A stretch of DNA of 64,000 nt from Fibrobacteria bacterium. GTDB lineage: Bacteria > Fibrobacterota > Fibrobacteria > UBA11236 > JADFYW01. Where the stretch lies: contig JBNKOC010000004.1 in the NCBI GenBank assembly GCA_050294405.1, positions 128,001 to 192,000 of the forward strand, read 5' to 3'. The notes beneath the pieces were generated by a model. It was not told where the DNA came from. It made no database searches and was given only the letters and a program-made list of their open reading frames with translations. The position numbers and the translations under genes are program-made. Positions 57,937 through 64,000 of this stretch are shown one piece after another; within the stretch, counting starts at the first letter, position 1; the number at the start of each line of letters is the position of its first letter.

Positions 57937-60661
57937 GGGCCAGCAACCAGTTTGTCCCGCTGCCTATTTCTACCACAAGCGGAACATTTAACTTTATAGA
58001 ATTTTCCATAATCTGAGAAATTAGTTTTGATGATTCTTCCACATCTTCTTTGGCGACTTCAAAAACCAATTCATCGTGAACCTGCAATAACATTTTGCAA
58101 TCCAAATTAGATTTTTTCAGGGCGTGGTTAAGCTGCACCATAGCTTTTTTAATAATATCCGCAGCCGTTCCTTGAATGGGAGTGTTAACAGCTATTCGTT
58201 CTGAATTTTCCTTGTGCATTCTATTGCTGGAGGCCAAATCAGGCAAATAGCGTTTACGACCAGTAATAGTGGCCACATAACCATCGTTGCGGGCCTTTAC
58301 TATGGTGTTATCAATAAATTTTTGCACCCCGGAATATTTTTCAAAATAGTTCTCAATAAAGGCAGAGGCTTCTTTTCGTTCAATGGAAAGTTCCCGGGAA
58401 AGACGGCCTGGACCCATGCCATATAACACTCCAAAATTTACCACCTTGGCGCTGCGCCTCATATCCGATGTAACCTTGTCTTCTTCTACTTTATATAAAG
58501 CAGAGGCTGTTTGGGTATGTATATCCAGACCATTTTGATAAGCTGCCATTAGGGCTTCATCTTCGCTCAAGTGGGCTAACACCCTTAACTCAATTTGGGA
58601 ATAATCCGCTGCCAACAATAATTTATCCTTATTTTCGGGAATAAAACTGGCCCTAATTTTTTTACCCCAGTCTGTGCGAATAGGAATATTCTGCAAATTT
58701 GGATTTATGGAACTCAAACGTCCTGTGGCTGCTATAGTTTGAGAAAAGGAAGTATGTATACGTCCAGTTTTGGGATGCACAAGGCCCGGAAGCACATCAA
58801 TATAAGTATTTTTTAATTTGGTAAACTCCCGGTAATCCAATAGATTCTCAATGATGGGATGCTCCCCCAATAGCCCCTGAAGTACGCTGGCATCGGTACT
58901 ATAGCCTGTTTTGGTTTTTTTACTGGCTTTGAGTTTTAATTTTTCAAATAGTATTTCGCCCAGTTTTTGGGTGCTATTAATGTTAAATTCTTCTCCAGCC
59001 ATCTCAAAAATATTTTTTTCTCTCTGGGCTATTTCTTTTTCCATTTCCTCAGAAAGTGAGGCTAAAGCATCCTTATTTACGCATATGCCATTTTTTTCCA
59101 AAGACATAATGGACAACATAAGGGGAATTTCATCTTTAATTAAAAGTTCCCACTCTATTTTACCTTTAAATTTTTTGGAGTAATATTCGTAGAGCTTGTA
59201 GGTATATATGGCATCTTCAGCGCCGTATTCTGCGGCTTTATCTAACTCCACCTCGGCAAAACTAATTTGGTTTTTTCCCTTTTTCCCAATGAGTTCCTCA
59301 ATGGGAATCATGTTATGGGCAAAATATTTTTCACATAGTGCATCAAGGCCTAAACCTCTGGAACCGGGATTTTCCAAATAGGCCGCCATTAAGGTGTCCA
59401 CTAGTTTTCCCTCGGGAAGCCCGCCTAATTCCAGTCCGTATTTTTCTAAAATGGCCAAATCGTATTTGGCGTTGTGAAAAATAAGGGTTTTATCGCCCCC
59501 TGCTAAAATGGGTTTTAAGGCCTTAACGGCCATTTCCAAAGAGAGGTTCTGTCCGGTTTTATGTCCCACAGGAAGATAAAAACCACTCTGCCCATTTGTG
59601 GCCAGGCAAAAACCAACCAATTCCGCCGTAATTACATCAAGGCCAGTGGTTTCCGTATCCACAGCAATAATATCTGCCTTTTGCAATTGGGCCAATAACT
59701 TGTGGAGTTTCTCTTCGCTGTTTACAAGCTCCCAGCTAAAAGATTTTTTTGCCTGAGCTTTTTCTTCCACTTTAACATCTGCGTTTTGCCCTTTAGGAAC
59801 AAAGCCAAGCAGGGACTGCATTTCCATTTCCACTAAAAACTCATTAAGTTTTTTGGGCTGGGGAGCTTTGTATTTTAGTTCCGCCAATTTTTCCTTTAAA
59901 GGGATGTTGCAGTTTAAAACCACCAAGTCCCGGGACAAATAAGCATTTTCCTTTCCGTCTTTTAAATTCTGTCGCAAACCTTTTTTGCTGATGTTATCCA
60001 CATTTTCATATATGCCATCCAGGCTGCCATACATTTCCAATAAATTGGCCGCAGTTTTAGGGCCTACCTTGGCTACACCGGGTATGTTATCGGCACTATC
60101 TCCCATTAAAGCCAACAAATCCACCATTTGCTCGGGATTTACTCCGAATTTTTCCCGAACTTCTTTAGGACCTTTTACCGTGGCGGGCTGGTTGCGGGCG
60201 CCGGGCTCGTATAAAAAAATGTGGGAGCCCACAATTTGCATCAAGTCTTTATCTTTGGTCATTATATAGGTTTGTATACCTTCGGACTCCGCTTCTCTGG
60301 CAATGGTTCCAATTACATCATCGGCTTCCATTCCTTCATAGGATAATTGCGCTGCTCCAAGGGCATCTAAAAATTCATCCACATATGGCAGTTGGGCCCT
60401 CAACTCATCGGGCATGGGTTTTCGATTGGCCTTGTATTTATCGTACATTTCATGGCGAAAAGTGGGGCCGGGCAAATCTTTTACCACCGCCAGGTATTCG
60501 GGCTTTTCTTCCTGAATCAAGCGCAAAACCTGAGAGGCATAGCCGTAAATGGCCGATGTTTGCACCCCTTTTGAATTTATAAGGGGATTATTGATAAAAG
60601 CGTAAAAAGACCTGTAAACAAGTGCCGACGAATCAACTAAAAAAAGCTTAGGAGAAGAAAT
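57929..60661 (-). CDS. polA: DNA polymerase I (probable ATT start at 60661)
   Basis: 5'-3' exonuclease motif LFLVDSSALVYRSFYA upstream of the track's GTG; DTET, ADYSQIELR and QVHDE motifs. Confidence 0.97.
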   Translation of the reverse strand: MSSPKLFLVDSSALVYRSFYAFINNPLINSKGVQTSAIYGYASQVLRLIQEEKPEYLAVVKDLPGPTFRHEMYDKYKANRKPMPDELRAQLPYVDEFLDALGAAQLSYEGMEADDVIGTIAREAESEGIQTYIMTKDKDLMQIVGSHIFLYEPGARNQPATVKGPKEVREKFGVNPEQMVDLLALMGDSADNIPGVAKVGPKTAANLLEMYGSLDGIYENVDNISKKGLRQNLKDGKENAYLSRDLVVLNCNIPLKEKLAELKYKAPQPKKLNEFLVEMEMQSLLGFVPKGQNADVKVEEKAQAKKSFSWELVNSEEKLHKLLAQLQKADIIAVDTETTGLDVITAELVGFCLATNGQSGFYLPVGHKTGQNLSLEMAVKALKPILAGGDKTLIFHNAKYDLAILEKYGLELGGLPEGKLVDTLMAAYLENPGSRGLGLDALCEKYFAHNMIPIEELIGKKGKNQISFAEVELDKAAEYGAEDAIYTYKLYEYYSKKFKGKIEWELLIKDEIPLMLSIMSLEKNGICVNKDALASLSEEMEKEIAQREKNIFEMAGEEFNINSTQKLGEILFEKLKLKASKKTKTGYSTDASVLQGLLGEHPIIENLLDYREFTKLKNTYIDVLPGLVHPKTGRIHTSFSQTIAATGRLSSINPNLQNIPIRTDWGKKIRASFIPENKDKLLLAADYSQIELRVLAHLSEDEALMAAYQNGLDIHTQTASALYKVEEDKVTSDMRRSAKVVNFGVLYGMGPGRLSRELSIERKEASAFIENYFEKYSGVQKFIDNTIVKARNDGYVATITGRKRYLPDLASSNRMHKENSERIAVNTPIQGTAADIIKKAMVQLNHALKKSNLDCKMLLQVHDELVFEVAKEDVEESSKLISQIMENSIKLNVPLVVEIGSGTNWLLAHG

Positions 60662-60698
60662 AGCTTACCCCCTTTATGAGAAAAAATAACAAACTGCT

Positions 60699-61547
60699 CT
60701 AACTTGCTTTTTGCAATGAATGTACAATGCAGTTTTTGACTTCCTCATAACTCAAGGGAAATTTATCAAAAGAAATAATGCCTTCCTGTTCCAATTCCAC
60801 AGCTAATTTGGACAAGGGAGGCATCATCACCGAAGCCTTGCTCAAATTTTCCTGATCCCGCAAGACCTCTGCTGTGGGTGCAATGTTTAACAATTGACCT
60901 TTACTTAATATGGCAATACGGTCGGTAATTTTAATAAGGTCATCCAGTTTGTGGGCAGTAACCACAATGGCCACGCCCTTATTGCGATACTTGTTTAAAA
61001 AGGCAATAGTGGTTTGCACACCTTCTTCATCTAAATCCGAAAGCGGTTCGTCTAAAAGCAATAGTTTGGGTTGTTCCAAAAGAGCTAACCCCAAAGCCAC
61101 GCGACGCCTTTCCCCAGCAGAAATTTCGTCCAGAAACCATTCTCTGGCTTCCACTAAGTTTATGTCTTTTAAAACACTGGTAACCCTGTTATCAATTTCA
61201 CGGCCTTTTAACCCAATCATACGGCAGGCTCGGGCCAATTCATCTTCTACAGTGGGGCCTGACAATTGATTTTCGGGATTTTGCTCCACTAAGGTTACAT
61301 AGTCATTGAGCATTCTTTCGCTAAAATCTTCAATGGGCTTTCCTCCTAAGTCAATTCCACCACCGGTTAAAGCCATATACCCGGAGATAAGTTTGAGCAA
61401 AGTGGTTTTGCCTGAGCCATTTGAGCCTACCAAGCCGACAATTTCTGCGGGAAAAATTTCCAGGGACATTTTATCAATAGCTGTATTTCCTGCTGGATAA
61501 GCGAGGGATGCAGAATTTAGGCTTGCAATTTTTGTAGAATCAGACAT
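60699..61547 (-). CDS. ECF/CbiO-type ABC ATPase
   Basis: GSNGSGKT, QNPENQL..PTVEDEL, SAGERRRVA and LLDEP motifs. Confidence 0.88.
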   Translation of the reverse strand: MSDSTKIASLNSASLAYPAGNTAIDKMSLEIFPAEIVGLVGSNGSGKTTLLKLISGYMALTGGGIDLGGKPIEDFSERMLNDYVTLVEQNPENQLSGPTVEDELARACRMIGLKGREIDNRVTSVLKDINLVEAREWFLDEISAGERRRVALGLALLEQPKLLLLDEPLSDLDEEGVQTTIAFLNKYRNKGVAIVVTAHKLDDLIKITDRIAILSKGQLLNIAPTAEVLRDQENLSKASVMMPPLSKLAVELEQEGIISFDKFPLSYEEVKNCIVHSLQKAS

Positions 61548-61742
61548 TTAAAGCTCCTATGGGGTCTTAAAGAAATTTTTCAAACAAGTGAGGTAATTTT
61601 TTTGCTCTACCCCCTATACTCATTTTTCTCATAAAATTAATTTTTTTATTTAAGAGAACCATACAAATCTAGAGTAGATAAGAGATTTTTTAATTTCGAA
61701 AATTTCTAAAGACTGCTCTGAAAGGCATAAATTAAAGGGCTT

Positions 61743-62378
61743 ATGAGGATTCAACCCAAAATCAAAGTTTGCGGAATTACCCAAATGAAGCAAGCGGTGG
61801 AATTAGACCAGCTTGGCATAGACTATATCGGATTTAACTTTTGGAAAGAAGGCAAGCGTTATGTAGACCCTCAAAGTCTCTTGCCGGGCATTTTGGACCT
61901 CAGTCAAAGCAAAACTGTGGGCATTTTTGTTAATGCACCCATTTCGGAAATCGAAGAAATCGCCGATTCTCTCAGCCTTAATATGATTCAACTCCACGGT
62001 CAGGAAGATGCCGATTATATGGGCAAGCTAAAAGAAGCAGTGGAATTGCCTATAATCAAGGCCATTCCGGTATTCAATGAAATACCCGATTTAAATGCCT
62101 ACAGCATGGTCGACCAGCTTCTATTCGATACTGCCAGTAAAAATCAGTTCGGTGGAACTGGAGAGAGCTTTAACTGGAAACTTTTAGCCGACATATCTCC
62201 CCGCAATTTCTTTGTGGCCGGGGGAATTGGTCCGCAAAACATTAAACAGGCTGTAGAACAAAGCCGCCCCTTTGCCGTGGATTTAAATTCCAAAGTGGAG
62301 AGCAAGCCCGGGGTAAAAAACCTTTTGTTGGTGAAACACTGCCTAACCCAATTGGGAATCGACTTTGAGGAAGACTAG
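61743..62378 (+). CDS. trpF: Phosphoribosylanthranilate isomerase
   Basis: KVCGIT, IQLHGQE, GGTG, AGG and D.NS.VE..PG.K motifs. Confidence 0.95.
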   Translation: MRIQPKIKVCGITQMKQAVELDQLGIDYIGFNFWKEGKRYVDPQSLLPGILDLSQSKTVGIFVNAPISEIEEIADSLSLNMIQLHGQEDADYMGKLKEAVELPIIKAIPVFNEIPDLNAYSMVDQLLFDTASKNQFGGTGESFNWKLLADISPRNFFVAGGIGPQNIKQAVEQSRPFAVDLNSKVESKPGVKNLLLVKHCLTQLGIDFEED

Positions 62379-62400
62379 GACCTATCTAATCTAAAAACCC

Positions 62401-62847
62401 TTAAGGTTCCTCAGTAATAAGCTTTAGTTCCTTGCCCCCCTTGTTGGGGTCTTCATCCACTACTTGGAGGCTTAAAGTTTGTTTATTGCCCTCTGTGCTG
62501 CTTATAACAAGTTCTCTTATACCGGGTTTATCTATTCCCGTTGAGTCAGGATATTCAGCCAGTGGCAAAACGGTTATAAAAACTTTTAATTTTGAGCCAC
62601 CCCCGCTGAGTTCATCTTTTTCCAACTTTAAAGAGCTGCCATGGCTAATACTAACCGAATCCAGATTTTTGCCAGTTATAAAAAATTGTTTGCGGAGGTT
62701 TAATACAGTAGAACCCGGGTTAATGCGCCAATCCATGGATATGGCTTTTTTGTCTCCCGCCTTAGTCCCTGGTTTTCCCACACAGGCTACTAATAATATA
62801 ACGAGGAGGACTGTTGCTAGCCATTTATAGCTTTTCACACAATTCAC
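62401..62847 (-). CDS. Hypothetical lipoprotein (possibly Ig-like)
   Basis: Lipobox LVAC; beta-rich mature part. Confidence 0.7.
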   Translation of the reverse strand: MNCVKSYKWLATVLLVILLVACVGKPGTKAGDKKAISMDWRINPGSTVLNLRKQFFITGKNLDSVSISHGSSLKLEKDELSGGGSKLKVFITVLPLAEYPDSTGIDKPGIRELVISSTEGNKQTLSLQVVDEDPNKGGKELKLITEEP

Positions 62848-62930
62848 TTGCTGAAAATAAAGAAATGTTTTTCTGGGGGAAACTAATTTCGCAGATTTAA
62901 GCAGCCTTTCTTTTTATTTTAACAGGGTTT

Positions 62931-64000
62931 ATGGCAGTGTTAGGGCAAAGAGTTTCATTGAAAAGCATATTGATTAAGTCTCACATTTTTTTTTATGGTC
63001 GGGTATTACTACTAAGTCTGGTGCTTTTATCTGTAATGCTGGGGACTTCGGGTTGCTCCACACAGGTAAAAACCGAAGCCTATTATGATACCGGTAAGAA
63101 AAAACTGGAACATACCTACCGCAAATGGATTTGGAGCTCCCAAGAAAAGTTGATTCTAAAAAAAGAATACCATTTTACCCAACATCCAAAATTTGAAGTG
63201 GAAATTAAAAATGGAAAGTACCACGGAGAGGCGAAAACCTGGTGGATGAATGGACGGCTAAAATCCAGGGGCGAATACAAAAACGGAAAAAAAATTGGCA
63301 AGTGGGTAAACTATTTTGAAGTGCGGGGTGATATATCCAGCCGGGGCCATTACCGCCAGGGGATATTACATGGTGTATGGGAAGAATGGTGGCCAAAATT
63401 TATTCGCAAGGCCAAAGGGCAATTTCAAAATGGCAAACCAGGTGGAACCTGGCATTATTGGGATAGGGCCGAGCGCCTCATTAAAAAGTCCACATGTTGG
63501 GAAGATGTTAAGTGGGGCAGTATAGAAGAATACTATCCCTCCGGGAGACTAAAAAAAATCCATTCCTGTTTGTTTGGAAAAATCTCCGGCCAATATAAAG
63601 AATATTACCCAGACAGCAGTTTAAAACTTAAAGGGGAATACAATAAGGACTCGAAAAAAGAAGGGCCATGGCTGGGGTTTCACCCAAATGGAAAAAAGAG
63701 CCTTCGGGAATTTTATGTAAATGGCCTTCTGCATGATAGCCTTATACATTGGGACTCCCTTGGACATGTGAGCAAAAAAGCCTTAATGGACTCTGGAAAC
63801 GGAAGTATATATCGCTATTACCCAGACGGAAAAGTAAAACGTGTAGAACAATTTTTAGAAGGGAAAAAACACGGAGAACAGTTAAGCTTTTTTCCCTTTG
63901 GGCGCACTAAAACCCGATATATATATGACAAAAATAAGGCCCTGGAATATTGGCGCTGGCATGCGGACAGCCTAAGTTCCGATTCGGTTCTTACCATACA
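62931..64000 (+). CDS. MORN-variant (YwqK-like) repeat lipoprotein, 3' truncated; start uncertain (62931/62958/62970)
   Basis: Frame read by hand: hydrophobic LLLSLVLLSVML, TSGC lipobox, repeated (Y/W)x.NG.LK..G.Y.NG...G.W units; absent from the ORF track because it has no stop in the window. Confidence 0.85.
   Translation, partial: MAVLGQRVSLKSILIKSHIFFYGRVLLLSLVLLSVMLGTSGCSTQVKTEAYYDTGKKKLEHTYRKWIWSSQEKLILKKEYHFTQHPKFEVEIKNGKYHGEAKTWWMNGRLKSRGEYKNGKKIGKWVNYFEVRGDISSRGHYRQGILHGVWEEWWPKFIRKAKGQFQNGKPGGTWHYWDRAERLIKKSTCWEDVKWGSIEEYYPSGRLKKIHSCLFGKISGQYKEYYPDSSLKLKGEYNKDSKKEGPWLGFHPNGKKSLREFYVNGLLHDSLIHWDSLGHVSKKALMDSGNGSIYRYYPDGKVKRVEQFLEGKKHGEQLSFFPFGRTKTRYIYDKNKALEYWRWHADSLSSDSVLTI

Noticed and set aside
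61548..61742. Cobalamin/TPP riboswitch upstream of the ECF ATPase
   Set aside because: Very AT-rich with no conserved aptamer elements visible.
62931..64000. Toxin-antitoxin system implied by YwqK-like repeats
   Set aside because: No toxin gene is visible, and these repeats are common in exported proteins without TA function.

Overview
AT-rich bacterial chromosomal segment, densely coding, with about 65 genes. It contains no rRNA, tRNA, CRISPR array, transposase or prophage. A TIGR02147-type gene suggests Fibrobacterota (inference), and flgB plus sigma28 promoters suggest a flagellated lineage. Most genes are housekeeping (pgi, mgtE, ddl, tsaB, rimI, oadGAB, pckA, pdxA, rpe, aroC, thrH, hflKC, purF, gdhA, coaE, polA, trpF), interspersed with envelope, glycan and signalling genes. 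Notable signals: (1) a TIGR02147 HTH protein with two paralogous DxDxDG-repeat lipoproteins whose two promoters share a GTAATC-N7-(-10)-TACTTTT architecture; (2) probable ATT start codons for polA and oadB; (3) OadB fused to a lysine-less biotinyl-like domain; (4) back-to-back sigma28 and sigma54 promoters between a PilZ gene and an orphan flgB; (5) an hflK-hflC-CesT/YbjN-like-pspA operon; (6) three tandem STAS genes plus a PAS-PP2C-HATPase fusion; (7) a 110-bp element with 18-bp perfect terminal inverted repeats and a shorter relative 38 kb away. All calls come from reading motifs by eye; no searches were run.
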